Positions 18,725 to 29,187 of a DNA stretch of 64,000 nt are shown piece after piece. Below the pieces are notes generated by a model. That model ran no database searches and had not been told where the DNA came from. It saw only the letters and a list, made by a program, of their open reading frames with translations. This stretch comes from Thermodesulfobacteriota bacterium (GTDB lineage Bacteria > Desulfobacterota > Anaeroferrophillalia > Anaeroferrophillales > Tharpellaceae): assembly GCA_024763535.1 (NCBI GenBank), contig JANTFH010000005.1, positions 4,612 through 68,611 on the forward strand, read 5' to 3'. The position numbers and the translations under genes are program-made. The stretch's first letter is position 1; the number at the start of each line of letters is the position of its first letter.

Positions 18725-20815
18725 ATGTTCGATTATATCTGGTTGGTACCGGTCTTCCCGGCCATCGGAGTTTTGATCAACGGTCTGCTTGGACGTCGTC
18801 TAGAGGCGATTAACAAGAGTTTGATCCATTGGATCGCCTGCGGTGCGATCGCCCTCTCCTATATCGTTACCTGTACTATTTTCTACCAGCTCCTGCAGCT
18901 CCCTGAAGCTGAACGATTTTATCAGGTGACCTGTTTTTCCTGGATCAACAGCGGGGTCTTACAGACTTATATTGCTTATCAGATTGATCCCCTGTCAATG
19001 ATGATGGCGATGTTTGTTATCGGGGTCGGCTTTCTCATCCATGTCTATTCGATTGGCTATATGGATGGCGATCCGGGTCGTTACTACCGCTTCTTTGTTT
19101 ATTTGAATCTTTTTATGTTCTCGATGATCAATCTGATTCTCGCCAACAACTATCTTTTGATGTTCTTAGGCTGGGAAGGGGTTGGGTTGTGTTCCTATCT
19201 TTTGATCGGCTTCTGGTTTGATGACGAGGCCAATGCAATTGCCGGCAAAAAAGCTTTTATTACCAACCGGGTGGGTGATTTCGCTTTTTTGATCGGGATG
19301 TTTCTGCTCTTTACCGGACTGGGTGAACATGGTGTCTGGAGCCTGCAGTTTAACGAAGTGTTCAGTAACGTTCACTACCTTTCAACCAGTCAGGCAACCG
19401 CCATCTGTCTCCTCTTTTTTATCGGTTGTACGGCCAAGTCAGCTCAGATTCCACTCTATGTCTGGCTGCCCGATGCCATGGCCGGCCCGACTCCGGTCTC
19501 TGCCCTGATCCATGCCGCTACTATGGTGACCTCGGGTGTCTATATGATCACCCGCTCCAATATCCTATATTCTATGTCACCTCTGGCGATGGGGGTTGTG
19601 GCGACGGTTGGAGCTTTGACGGCGCTGTTTGCCGCGTCGATCGGCCTGGTGCAGAATGATATCAAAAAAGTTCTGGCCTATTCAACTGTGAGTCAGCTCG
19701 GTTATATGTTCCTAGGGCTCGGTGTCGGTGCCTTCGCCGCCGGTATGTTTCATGTTTTAACCCATGCATTCTTTAAGGCTCTTATGTTTTTGGGATCTGG
19801 TGCGGTTATTCACTCTATGCATCATGCTTATCATAAAGTGCATTCCCATGATGATGCTCAGGATATGCGAAATATGGGCGGATTGAAGAGTAAGACCCCC
19901 ATAACTTATTGGACCTTTCTGGTTGGCGCATTGGCAATTGCCGGGGTTCCGGGACTTTCCGGCTTCTTCAGTAAGGATGAAATTCTCTGGCAGGCATACA
20001 GCAGTCCACAGGGCCACTGGTTGCTCTGGCTTATAGGTGCAATGGCTGCGGGAATGACTGCATTTTATATCTTCCGATTAATTTTTATGACATTCTTTAA
20101 CGATTGCCGGGCAGGAGACGCGGCTGAGCATATCCATGAATCGCCTCTGACCATGACGATACCGCTGATGGTTCTGGCCGTGCTGGCAGCTTTTGGTGGT
20201 TATCTAGGCGTTCCGCATGCTTTGGGTGGCAGCAATCTTTTTGAGCACTTCCTGGAGCCGGTAATGGGAATGGGTGATGGGAAACTGTTGCAGGATGCCA
20301 CGACTGCGGTTGCCCACGGTGCCCATCATGCCGTGCATGCAGCTGCCGGTCACATTACTGAGGCCGCACACGCTGTTGCCGGGCATGCCGAGGGTGGTGC
20401 CCATCATGTTGGACATGAACCGCTCTGGGTTGAGTATTTATTGATGGCCGTTTCCGTTGCTTTAGCTTTCGGTGGCATCTTTGTCGCCTATATGTTTTAC
20501 ATTGTTAAACGTGAACTGCCGGTGGCTCTGGCGGAGAAATTTTCCTTTATTCACCGTCTGTTGCTGAATAAATGGTATATTGACGAACTCTACGATGTGG
20601 TTATTATTTCACCCCTGCGTGGTTTCAGTTATTTTCTCTGGAAAGGGATTGATGTCGGAGTGGTTGATTACATCGTCAACGGAGTTGCCCGGATAGTTGG
20701 CTGGGGAAGCAGTGCCGTGCGCTACATACAGTCCGGTTATGTGCAGAGTTACGCGGTTTCAGTCGTATTCGGTACGGTGGTGCTGCTGGCCTACTACTTC
20801 TTGAAGGCACTCTAG
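18725..20815 (+). CDS. nuoL: NADH-quinone oxidoreductase subunit L (antiporter-like), with a His-rich insertion
   Basis: 696 aa with NuoL/ND5 motifs (WLPDAMAGPTPVSALIHAATMVTSGVY). His-rich insertion at about 20246..20422. Confidence 0.95.
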   Translation: MFDYIWLVPVFPAIGVLINGLLGRRLEAINKSLIHWIACGAIALSYIVTCTIFYQLLQLPEAERFYQVTCFSWINSGVLQTYIAYQIDPLSMMMAMFVIGVGFLIHVYSIGYMDGDPGRYYRFFVYLNLFMFSMINLILANNYLLMFLGWEGVGLCSYLLIGFWFDDEANAIAGKKAFITNRVGDFAFLIGMFLLFTGLGEHGVWSLQFNEVFSNVHYLSTSQATAICLLFFIGCTAKSAQIPLYVWLPDAMAGPTPVSALIHAATMVTSGVYMITRSNILYSMSPLAMGVVATVGALTALFAASIGLVQNDIKKVLAYSTVSQLGYMFLGLGVGAFAAGMFHVLTHAFFKALMFLGSGAVIHSMHHAYHKVHSHDDAQDMRNMGGLKSKTPITYWTFLVGALAIAGVPGLSGFFSKDEILWQAYSSPQGHWLLWLIGAMAAGMTAFYIFRLIFMTFFNDCRAGDAAEHIHESPLTMTIPLMVLAVLAAFGGYLGVPHALGGSNLFEHFLEPVMGMGDGKLLQDATTAVAHGAHHAVHAAAGHITEAAHAVAGHAEGGAHHVGHEPLWVEYLLMAVSVALAFGGIFVAYMFYIVKRELPVALAEKFSFIHRLLLNKWYIDELYDVVIISPLRGFSYFLWKGIDVGVVDYIVNGVARIVGWGSSAVRYIQSGYVQSYAVSVVFGTVVLLAYYFLKAL

Positions 20816-20895
20816 AAACAGCTCTAAATTTAACGAAATTTTTTAATACAATTTATATCCCAAAGTTTAAATAGATTCCGCAGGGAGAGAGATAG

Positions 20896-22479
20896 ATGAA
20901 TGAACTAGGTTTTCCGATAATCAGCCTTGTGACCTTTTTTCCGATCTTCGGGGCGTTGATCCTGATGTTTATCGATAAAGAGGCCAAAGATACGCTCCGG
21001 GGCACTGCCATGGTTTTTGCCATGATTGAGTTCTTTATCTCTCTGCCGATCATCTTCGCATTTCAAAGCGGTACTGCAGATATGCAGTTCGTGGAGCGCT
21101 ACACCTGGATTAAGAGTGCCGGTTTAAGTTATTATATCGGTCTGGACGGTATCAGTCTCTGGATCTTTATGCTGACCACCTTCTTAACTCCGATCTGTGT
21201 TTTGTGTTCCTGGAACTATATTCAGAAACGGGTCAAAGAGTTCATGATCTGCCTCCTGTTACTGGAGACGGCCATGCTGGGGGCTCTGGTCTCCCTGGAC
21301 CTGATCCTTTTCTATATCTTCTGGGAACTGATGCTGATTCCGATGTATTTCCTGATCGGAGTCTGGGGTGGAGACAATCGGATCTATGCCGCAGTTAAGT
21401 TTTTTATCTATACCGCCGCCGGTTCGGTCTTCATGCTGCTCTCGATATTCTTTCTCTACTATTACAACCATAAGGTCACCGGCGTCTATACCTTTGATCT
21501 GCTGGAACTTTACAAACTTAATATTCCGGTATCGACCCAGTTCTGGCTCTGTCTGACCTTTTTTGTCTCGTTCGCCATTAAGGTACCGATGTTTCCGCTC
21601 CACACCTGGCTGCCGGATGCTCATGTCCAGGCTCCGACGGCCGGTAGTGTAATTTTGGCAGGTGTTCTCTTGAAAATGGGAACTTACGGTTTCATGCGCT
21701 TTGCGATTCCGCTCTTTCCCTACGCCAGTCATCAGTTTACACCGGTTATTGCGACATTAGCGGTAATCGGCATCATCTACGGGGCTCTGGTAGCCCTGAT
21801 CCAGCCTGATATGAAGAAACTGGTTGCCTATTCCAGTGTCAGTCACTTGGGTTATGTCATGCTCGGTATCTTTGCTTTCAATATGCAGGGGGTTGAGGGT
21901 GGTCTCTATCAGATGCTCAACCATGGTATCAGTACCGGCGCTCTCTTCCTGATCGTCGGTATGCTTTATGAGCGTCGTCATACCCGGATGATCAAGGATT
22001 TCGGTGGTATCGCCAAGGTGATGCCGGTCTATGCCACCTTTTTCATGATTATGACCCTGTCATCAATTGCGGTTCCCGGAACCAACGGTTTCGTCGGCGA
22101 GTTTATGATCCTGGTCGGAGCTTTCCGCTCAATTCCGATGCATGCTGTTTTTGCCACTTCCGGGGCCATCCTCGGGGCGCTTTATATGCTCTGGATGTAT
22201 CAGCGGGTGATGTTTCAGCCCCTCGATAAAGAGGAAAACAAGGTCTTGAAAGATCTCAATGCCCGGGAAATTGTGACTCTGCTGCCGCTGGCGATACTGG
22301 TTTTCGTTATGGGTTTCTTTCCTGGTTATTTCATCAATAAGATGGACGCTTCATGTCAGCACTTCCTGAAAAACTATAATCAGCAGGTGGCCATGTATGA
22401 ACAGCAGGTTGAAGATGGCAGTGCCGCCAAACTGGCCGCGGTGATGAGTGACAATAATTTAGAGAAGAAGATCGACTGA
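20896..22479 (+). CDS. nuoM: NADH-quinone oxidoreductase subunit M
   Basis: 527 aa, NuoM/ND4 family (WLPDAHVQAPTAGSVILAGVLLKMGTYG). Ends in a TGA stop. Confidence 0.95.
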   Translation: MNELGFPIISLVTFFPIFGALILMFIDKEAKDTLRGTAMVFAMIEFFISLPIIFAFQSGTADMQFVERYTWIKSAGLSYYIGLDGISLWIFMLTTFLTPICVLCSWNYIQKRVKEFMICLLLLETAMLGALVSLDLILFYIFWELMLIPMYFLIGVWGGDNRIYAAVKFFIYTAAGSVFMLLSIFFLYYYNHKVTGVYTFDLLELYKLNIPVSTQFWLCLTFFVSFAIKVPMFPLHTWLPDAHVQAPTAGSVILAGVLLKMGTYGFMRFAIPLFPYASHQFTPVIATLAVIGIIYGALVALIQPDMKKLVAYSSVSHLGYVMLGIFAFNMQGVEGGLYQMLNHGISTGALFLIVGMLYERRHTRMIKDFGGIAKVMPVYATFFMIMTLSSIAVPGTNGFVGEFMILVGAFRSIPMHAVFATSGAILGALYMLWMYQRVMFQPLDKEENKVLKDLNAREIVTLLPLAILVFVMGFFPGYFINKMDASCQHFLKNYNQQVAMYEQQVEDGSAAKLAAVMSDNNLEKKID

Positions 22480-22622
22480 TTTAATCTTTATTTAAGGTGG
22501 AACCCGGCCCGAACTGTTTATATTAAGTTTCCGGAAATCCGGGATACATGCCGGCTGGCTTATCCCAGACTGTGCAATATACAAATTATTATATTTTTTA
22601 AGATAAATTTTGGAGGAGAGTG

Positions 22623-24092
22623 ATGGAAATGCTGGATTTTGTTGTCCCGGCACTCAATCTTAAGGCAATTCTGCCGCAGTTGATCCTGGCCTTGACGGCA
22701 TTGACCGTACTATTGGTCGATGTCTTTGCCAAAGGCAAGGGTAAAACCTCCCTGGGAGCCTTGTCACTGGCGGGGGTGGTTGCCGCTTTAATTACTCTCA
22801 TGCTGTCTCGCGGCAGTCATGAATCGGCCTATGCCGGTATGCTGATGGCGGATGGCTTCGGTTTTTTCATCACCCTGATTGTCTGTATCGTTACCTTTTT
22901 GACGATTCTTGCTTCGATCAATTATGAACGTATCTGTCCTGATATCAAGGCCGGTGAGTTTTATTGCCTGATGCTGTTTGCCGCTTTCGGGATGTCCTTT
23001 ATGGGGAATGCCGGCAACCTGATTATGATCTTCGTGGCTCTGGAAACCATGTCTATCTCGATCTATGTTCTGGCCGGCTTCAAGACCTCTGATGCGAAAT
23101 CGATCGAGTCGGCATTGAAATATTTTCTCCTGGGAGCCTTTGCCTCGGGATTTCTGCTCTTCGGATTTGCCCTGGTTTACGGTGCCGCCGGAACCCTGGA
23201 TATCGTCAAACTCGGTGCCTTCTTCACTGCTAACCCCGACTCACTGCATCATCCTATGGTTTTAGGCGGTATGGCATTGATGACGGTGGGCTTCGGCTTT
23301 AAGGTTGCCATGTTCCCGTTTCACATGTGGACTCCGGATGTCTATGAAGGGGCTCCGACCGTGGTTACCGGATTTATGGCCACCGGGGTCAAGGCCGCAG
23401 CCTTTGCCGCGTTGGTAAGGGTATTTTTCGTTGGTTTTGCGCCGCTGCAGGCCGACTGGACGACGATCATGTGGGTAGCGGCGTTGCTGACGATGACCAT
23501 CGGCAACCTGGTTGCGATCTCACAGACCAATATCAAACGGATGCTGGCCTATTCCAGTATCGCTCATGCCGGTTACCTTCTGGTCGGCTTTGTGGTCGGT
23601 ACCGAACTGGCCCGTTCCGGTATGCTCTTTTATCTTTTAGCCTACGCCTTTGCCAATATCGGAGCTTTTGCGGTAATCTCCGCCATGGGTAAAGATGGAG
23701 AAGAGTATACCGAGCTTAATGATTTCTCCGGGGCCGGTTTTAAATATCCCTTCCTGGGTCTGATGATGAGCATCTTTATCTTCTCCATGGCCGGGATTCC
23801 TCCGGCGGCGGGTTTTATGGGTAAATTCTTCATCTTCTCGGAAGCGATTAAATCCGGATATATCTGGCTGGCGATCTTCGGAGTCATCAACAGCGTAATC
23901 TCGCTTTACTACTATCTTGGGGTTATCGTGCGCATGTACTTCAAGGAGCCCGAGCGCGAAATCACAATCATGGCTCCGGCCGGAACCATGATTGCCGCTC
24001 TCTCGATTGCCGCTTTCGCGGTTCTGCAGATGGGAATCTTTCCCTCCTATATCTGGGATCTGGCAAGAGAGTCGGTGAAGATGATTATGTAG
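22623..24092 (+). CDS. nuoN: NADH-quinone oxidoreductase subunit N
   Basis: 490 aa, NuoN/ND2 family. GGAGGAGAG ribosome-binding site before ATG 22623. Confidence 0.95.
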   Translation: MEMLDFVVPALNLKAILPQLILALTALTVLLVDVFAKGKGKTSLGALSLAGVVAALITLMLSRGSHESAYAGMLMADGFGFFITLIVCIVTFLTILASINYERICPDIKAGEFYCLMLFAAFGMSFMGNAGNLIMIFVALETMSISIYVLAGFKTSDAKSIESALKYFLLGAFASGFLLFGFALVYGAAGTLDIVKLGAFFTANPDSLHHPMVLGGMALMTVGFGFKVAMFPFHMWTPDVYEGAPTVVTGFMATGVKAAAFAALVRVFFVGFAPLQADWTTIMWVAALLTMTIGNLVAISQTNIKRMLAYSSIAHAGYLLVGFVVGTELARSGMLFYLLAYAFANIGAFAVISAMGKDGEEYTELNDFSGAGFKYPFLGLMMSIFIFSMAGIPPAAGFMGKFFIFSEAIKSGYIWLAIFGVINSVISLYYYLGVIVRMYFKEPEREITIMAPAGTMIAALSIAAFAVLQMGIFPSYIWDLARESVKMIM

Positions 24093-24127
24093 TTTATGTT
24101 GAGCAGAGTTATCATTAATGTAAAAAA

Positions 24128-24156
24128 GGGTATGGAATTTTCCATACCCTTTTTTT
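24128..24156. terminator. Intrinsic terminator after nuoN. It is bidirectional and shared with the convergent livF.
   Basis: 10-bp stem gggtatggaa/ttccataccc, then a 7-nt T-run, with an A-run upstream. Confidence 0.7.
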
Positions 24157-24195
24157 ATAAAACAGTCTTAATCTGGCTACTAAAAGCTGACTTGT

Positions 24196-24939
24196 TTATC
24201 CCAGGTAGGCTTTATGGATCTCCGGGTTTTGCAGAAGTTGCGCGGCATCGCCGGAGAGGATGATCTCGCCGGTTTCGAGGAGATAGCCGCGATGGGCAAA
24301 ATCGAGGGCGAGTTTGGCATTCTGTTCAATCAGGAGAATGGTCATGCCGTCCTCATTTAGTCTTTTCAGGGCCCTGAACATATCATACATCAAGAGCGGC
24401 GCCAGGCCCATGGAGGGCTCGTCCAGCATCAGGAATGTGCAGCCCGACATAAGGGCCCGGCCGACCGCCAGCATCTGCTGTTCGCCACCGCTTAAGGATT
24501 CGCTGCGTTGATTACGGCGTTCCGCAAGGCGGGGGAAAAGTTCAAAAACATGGTCGTAATCATGGTTTAAATCATCCGTTTTGGGGCGTGAAAAAGTGGC
24601 CAGGGTGAGGTTTTCCGTAACCGTTAGATTGCCGAATATATGGCGGCCTTCCGGGGCCAGAGCGCAATGGAGATTGCGGACAACGTCATGGGCTGCGGTT
24701 TTCAGGATTGATTGGCCGTTGATCAGAATATCGCCGGCGGAGACCTTGGGTGCTTCCGGCGGAGGCAGCCGGGTGATACTGTGCAGGGTAGTAGTTTTAC
24801 CGGCTCCGTTGGCACCGATAAGCGTGACGATTTCGCCTTTTTCAACGACAAAGCTGATGCCGTGCAGAGCCGTAATATTGCCGTATTTAACTTCCAGATT
24901 ACGGACTTCGAGAAAAGGGGTTTTACCGGAACTGTTCAT
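24196..24939 (-). CDS. livF: Branched-chain amino acid ABC transporter ATP-binding protein (LivF-type)
   Basis: Walker A motif GANGAGKTT, ABC signature LSGGEQQML, Walker B motif LMLDEP. Confidence 0.9.
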   Translation of the reverse strand: MNSSGKTPFLEVRNLEVKYGNITALHGISFVVEKGEIVTLIGANGAGKTTTLHSITRLPPPEAPKVSAGDILINGQSILKTAAHDVVRNLHCALAPEGRHIFGNLTVTENLTLATFSRPKTDDLNHDYDHVFELFPRLAERRNQRSESLSGGEQQMLAVGRALMSGCTFLMLDEPSMGLAPLLMYDMFRALKRLNEDGMTILLIEQNAKLALDFAHRGYLLETGEIILSGDAAQLLQNPEIHKAYLG

Positions 24940-24948
24940 AAATTTCTC

Positions 24949-25716
24949 TTATATTTGGTCATCGCCCAGGTAAGCCTTGATGACTTCATGATTCTGCTGA
25001 ATCTCTTCCGGCGTACCGGTGGCGATCAGGCGTCCAAAATCGATTACCGAGATTCGTGAACAGAGGCTCATAACTACCTTCATCTGATGCTCAATCATCC
25101 AGATAGTAAGATCAAACTGTTCGAAAACCCAGCGAATAAGTTCAATCAGCTCACTTACATCCGTGGCCTGGAGTCCGGCTGCCGGTTCATCTAAGAGCAG
25201 CAGTTTAGGGTCAGCGGAGAGAGCCCGGACAATCTCAACCTTGCGCTGCATACCGTAAGGCAGGTTGGAGGGTTTCTCTTCCGCGTATTTATCGATTTTG
25301 AAAATTTCCAGCAGCTCCATGGCGTGATGGCGTATATCTTTCTCTCGTTTAAGATAGCGAGGCGTTCTAAAGAAGAGGCCACCCAGTCCGTAGCCCAGAT
25401 TATAGTGCTGAGCCACGAGAATATTGTCTAAAACCGACATCTCTTTCCAGAGGCGGATATTCTGAAAGGTTCGGGATATGCCTAAAGCTGAAACCTTGTG
25501 CGGTTTTAAGCCGGCCAGACTCTGACCCTGGAACCGGATATCTCCCTGACTCGGCTGATAATAGCCGCTGACGATGTTGAATACCGTGGTTTTCCCGGCT
25601 CCGTTCGGGCCGATCAGGCCGACCAGTTCCCGCTCGTCAAGAGACAGATTTAGTTCGGAAACGGCGCAGAGGCCACTGAACAGCTGGGTCAGATCTTTTA
25701 TTTCGAGTAAGGACAT
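24949..25716 (-). CDS. livG: Branched-chain amino acid ABC transporter ATP-binding protein (LivG-type)
   Basis: Walker A motif GPNGAGKTT, LLLDEP, ABC signature. Confidence 0.9.
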   Translation of the reverse strand: MSLLEIKDLTQLFSGLCAVSELNLSLDERELVGLIGPNGAGKTTVFNIVSGYYQPSQGDIRFQGQSLAGLKPHKVSALGISRTFQNIRLWKEMSVLDNILVAQHYNLGYGLGGLFFRTPRYLKREKDIRHHAMELLEIFKIDKYAEEKPSNLPYGMQRKVEIVRALSADPKLLLLDEPAAGLQATDVSELIELIRWVFEQFDLTIWMIEHQMKVVMSLCSRISVIDFGRLIATGTPEEIQQNHEVIKAYLGDDQI

Positions 25717-25730
25717 ACTTAAATCGTCAG

Positions 25731-26744
25731 CTACTTAAATTTGTAGAACTTTTTCAGTTTAGGGAAGATATCACTCAATTCGCGATGGCCCATGATGCCC
25801 TCCGGGCGGAACTGCATGATAATTATTAAAAGTAGGGGAATGGCTACCCATTTAATGATCTGCAGTGGTCGTAACAATTCCAGTAACAGGGTGAAAATGA
25901 CCGCCGAGAGGATGGATCCGGTGATTGAACCCATGCCTCCGAGATAGACCATAACCAGGGCTTCAGTAGATTTCAGAATATCAAATGATTTTGGATTTAC
26001 GTAACCGACGGCATGGGCGTAGAGTCCCCCGGCAATCCCGGCCAGGCCGGATGAGATCATAAAGGTCACCAGCTTGATGCGGTTGGTGTTGACACTCATA
26101 ATCTCGGCTGCGACTTCGTCCTGGCGGATCGCCTCTACCCCTTTGCCGTAGGTTGAGGTCATATAGCGCCGGATAATGATGACGGTAAGTACCGTAAAGA
26201 CAAAGACCCAGAGTACCATCCAGGGAATCTCGGCACACTCTTCCATTGCGAAGATAACCCGTTTCATACCCATGAATCCACGAGCCCCGCCGATTTTGTC
26301 GATATTAATAATAGCTGTGATAATAATGTAATTGGCGGCAATGGTGATAATTGCCAGATAGTCATCCCGGGTGCGGAAAGAGGGGATCGCGATTAAGAGA
26401 CCGGTAAGGGCTGACGCAATCCCGCCGCAGATCAGGACAAATGGAAAGCCGTAGGCCGCCAGTTCCGGCGGCAGCAGCGGTGCCCCGAAGATTTTACTTT
26501 TAGTAAAAAGAGCCACCGAGAGTACGGAGGAGACGTAGGCTCCCACCGCAATGAATCCGGCATGACCGCAGGAAAATTCTCCCATGTTTCCGTTGACCAG
26601 ATTAAGGCTGGTTGAGGTGATGATATTGATGCCCATGAACAGGATGATCGTCTGGATGTAGAGATCGATAACCTCGAAGTAGGCCAACCCCATCAACAGG
26701 GACAGCAGGAGAAAAAGCAGTATGGGGACGCAGAGACGTTTCAT
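25731..26744 (-). CDS. livM: Branched-chain amino acid ABC transporter permease (LivM-type)
   Basis: Polytopic permease. Its start overlaps the livH stop. Confidence 0.85.
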   Translation of the reverse strand: MKRLCVPILLFLLLSLLMGLAYFEVIDLYIQTIILFMGINIITSTSLNLVNGNMGEFSCGHAGFIAVGAYVSSVLSVALFTKSKIFGAPLLPPELAAYGFPFVLICGGIASALTGLLIAIPSFRTRDDYLAIITIAANYIIITAIINIDKIGGARGFMGMKRVIFAMEECAEIPWMVLWVFVFTVLTVIIIRRYMTSTYGKGVEAIRQDEVAAEIMSVNTNRIKLVTFMISSGLAGIAGGLYAHAVGYVNPKSFDILKSTEALVMVYLGGMGSITGSILSAVIFTLLLELLRPLQIIKWVAIPLLLIIIMQFRPEGIMGHRELSDIFPKLKKFYKFK

Positions 26745-27667
26745 CAGATTTTTGTGGTATGGGGGACGCCGAAGAGCCCGGTGGGTTTGAGAGTGAGAAT
26801 GACAAGAAGGATCGAAAAGGCGATCAGGTCACGGTAGGATGAGGGGAAAACCGCAACCACCGAGATCTCGATGATGCCGAGGATGAAGCCGCCGACAAAA
26901 GCCCCGCGAATATCGCCGATACCACCGACAACGGCAGCGATAAAAGCTTTCCAGCCGATTGACATACCCATATAGGGATCCAGAATCGGGTAGGAGAGGG
27001 CAAACAGAATTCCCGCCAGCCCGGCCATGGCTGAGCCAAGCACAAACGTAAACACAATGACGACGTCCACCGGAATACCCATCAGGGGGATGGCGAATTT
27101 ATCATAGGAGATGGCCCGCATGGCCATGCCTACTTTGGTTCTGGTGATGATGAAGTGGAGGACGATAAAACTTAAAATAGAGGTTAAGATAACTCCGACT
27201 TTCAGGTTGGTAACATAGATAGCGCCGAATTTATAGACGACCTTGTCGATCATCTCGGGGAATTTTTTACGGCTCGCACCGAGCAGTAGTAAATTCCCGT
27301 TTTCCAGAACCAGCCCGGCCATTAAAGCCGTAATCACAACATAGAGACGATGGGCTCCCTTACGTCGCAGGGGACGGTAGGCAATACGTTCGATCGTGAC
27401 CCCGACCAGTGAAGTGAGCACCATGGTCAGGGGAATGGTTAAAGCCAGAACCGCCCATCCCGGCATGACCTGGGGCATGCCGTATTTACCGAGCAGGGCA
27501 CTGGAGATAAAAAAGGCGATATAGGCCCCGACCATGACAATATCGCCGTGAGCGAAGTTGATCAGTCTTAAAACCCCGTAAACCAGGGTGTAACCTAAAG
27601 CAATCAGGGAGTAAAAACTTCCCCACTGCATGGCATTGAGCAGATTTTGTAAAAAGGTATCAAGCAC
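26744..27667 (-). CDS. livH: Branched-chain amino acid ABC transporter permease (LivH-type). The start is uncertain: GTG at 27667 or TTG at 27748.
   Basis: Contains LDTFLQNLLNAMQWGSFYSLIALGYTLVYGVLRLINFAHG, which matches the conserved LivH N-terminus. No clear Shine-Dalgarno sequence at either candidate start. Confidence 0.8.
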   Translation of the reverse strand: MLDTFLQNLLNAMQWGSFYSLIALGYTLVYGVLRLINFAHGDIVMVGAYIAFFISSALLGKYGMPQVMPGWAVLALTIPLTMVLTSLVGVTIERIAYRPLRRKGAHRLYVVITALMAGLVLENGNLLLLGASRKKFPEMIDKVVYKFGAIYVTNLKVGVILTSILSFIVLHFIITRTKVGMAMRAISYDKFAIPLMGIPVDVVIVFTFVLGSAMAGLAGILFALSYPILDPYMGMSIGWKAFIAAVVGGIGDIRGAFVGGFILGIIEISVVAVFPSSYRDLIAFSILLVILTLKPTGLFGVPHTTKI

Positions 27668-27748
27668 GACTTTGTAATGATCTAATAAGCAGTTGAAAAG
27701 TTGGCATGGATTGGTCGGCAACCGGTTAAGCGTGGTTTTAAAAAGCAA

Positions 27749-27796
27749 GGGGGCACAGAGGCCGGCAGAAAACTTTTCTGTGAGCTCTGTGCTCCC
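27749..27796 (-). promoter_or_regulatory. Long imperfect hairpin in the livK-livH intergenic region (a candidate partial terminator or mRNA-stability element)
   Basis: gggggcacagag (27749-27760) pairs with ctctgtgctccc (27785-27796) in 11 of 12 positions. A nested 7-bp hairpin cagaaaa/ttttctg lies inside. Confidence 0.4.
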
Positions 27797-27821
27797 TGCT
27801 TATGTTGCTGAATAGATGTGG

Positions 27822-28988
27822 TTAGGGACATACCGACTTGGTGAAAACAAATTCCCCTTTTTCATTGATTCGGACGACCACGGCACATTTGATCGGGTCA
27901 CCTTGATCATCAAATCTCATGTTGCCGGTGATGCCGGCAAAGCTCTTAATATTGGCCATTGACTCCCGCAGAGCTTTGCGGTCTTTACGTAATTTACCGC
28001 TCAATTTGCCGCCTTCCTGAAGCGCCTGAAGAACCAGCCGGGTAGCATCCCAGGTCAAGGCCGCAACATCATCCGGGATATAACCATACTTTTTATTGTA
28101 GCGGTCGATAAATTTTTTGGTTGCGCCTTTAGCTCCGGCTGCGGCGTAGTGAGTTGAGAAATATTGGCCGATGCAGTCATCGCCGCAGAGATTCATAAGT
28201 TCAGCTGAACCCCAGGCGTCAGAGCCCATAAACGGCCCCTTCCAGCCCAGATCATGGGCCTGTTTGACCGTCAGAGCGACTTCATTATAGTTGTTGGGGA
28301 GAAAGATAAAATCCGGTTTAGAAGCAATAATTTTGGTCAGCTGAGCGCTGAAATCCTGATCTTTGTCGCCGTAGCTTTCAAAAGCGACTACCGAACCTTT
28401 ACCGTTCTTCTTTTCAAAGTCGGCTTTGAAAATCTCAGCCAGACCTTTGCTGTAATCGTTTGCCAGGGCATAAAGGACAGCTGCTTTTTTGGCCTTGAAC
28501 TGTTCCATAGCGAAATCTACGGCCACCGGCCCCTGGAAGGGGTCAAGAAAAGCGGCGCGGAAGACGTAAGGGCGATCTAAAGTAGTATCGGGGTTGGTGG
28601 ACCAGGGTGAGACCATAACGGTCTGGTTTAAGTCAGCAATTTCGCCGGCCGGAACCGCCTGTTTGCTGGAGTTCGGACCGATAATTGCCAGAACCTTGTT
28701 ACGGTCGATCAGTTTCTGGGCTACGGCTACCGCAGATTCGGCTTTCGATTCATTATCTTCATAGATGAATTCCAGTTTATATTTCTTGTCACCGACCTTT
28801 AATCCTCCCTGACCGTTAATATCGGCTTTCAGCATTTCGGCGGCAAATTTTGAGGACTCACCGACCTTTGGGATCTCGCCGGTCAAGGGGATGTTGAAAC
28901 CGATTTTGATGGTGTCGGCGGCCAGGCCATTACCGAACATCATGCAGGATAGAAACAGGGCTAGAACCAAAGTTGAAACTTTTTTCAT
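27822..28988 (-). CDS. livK: Branched-chain amino acid ABC transporter substrate-binding protein (LivK/LivJ-type)
   Basis: Signal peptide followed by a periplasmic-binding-protein type I sequence. The ATG at 28988 (MKKVSTL) has a GGAGGA ribosome-binding site. Confidence 0.85.
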   Translation of the reverse strand: MKKVSTLVLALFLSCMMFGNGLAADTIKIGFNIPLTGEIPKVGESSKFAAEMLKADINGQGGLKVGDKKYKLEFIYEDNESKAESAVAVAQKLIDRNKVLAIIGPNSSKQAVPAGEIADLNQTVMVSPWSTNPDTTLDRPYVFRAAFLDPFQGPVAVDFAMEQFKAKKAAVLYALANDYSKGLAEIFKADFEKKNGKGSVVAFESYGDKDQDFSAQLTKIIASKPDFIFLPNNYNEVALTVKQAHDLGWKGPFMGSDAWGSAELMNLCGDDCIGQYFSTHYAAAGAKGATKKFIDRYNKKYGYIPDDVAALTWDATRLVLQALQEGGKLSGKLRKDRKALRESMANIKSFAGITGNMRFDDQGDPIKCAVVVRINEKGEFVFTKSVCP

Positions 28989-29187
28989 GACGGTCTCCTC
29001 CAAGAGTAGTTAAATGTTTATTTTTTTAAGGCCATTCGCCTTAACAGGTTGGGGCCCGATTCGTCAAGTTTTTAATCAATTTACGGCAAATTTTTTGCCC
29101 ATAAAACGCTTGCTCTTTTTTTCACGGTCTGTTAGTTGCTGATTTTAGGGGCAGTTGAAAAAATAGAAATCCGGATGAGGTATCATT

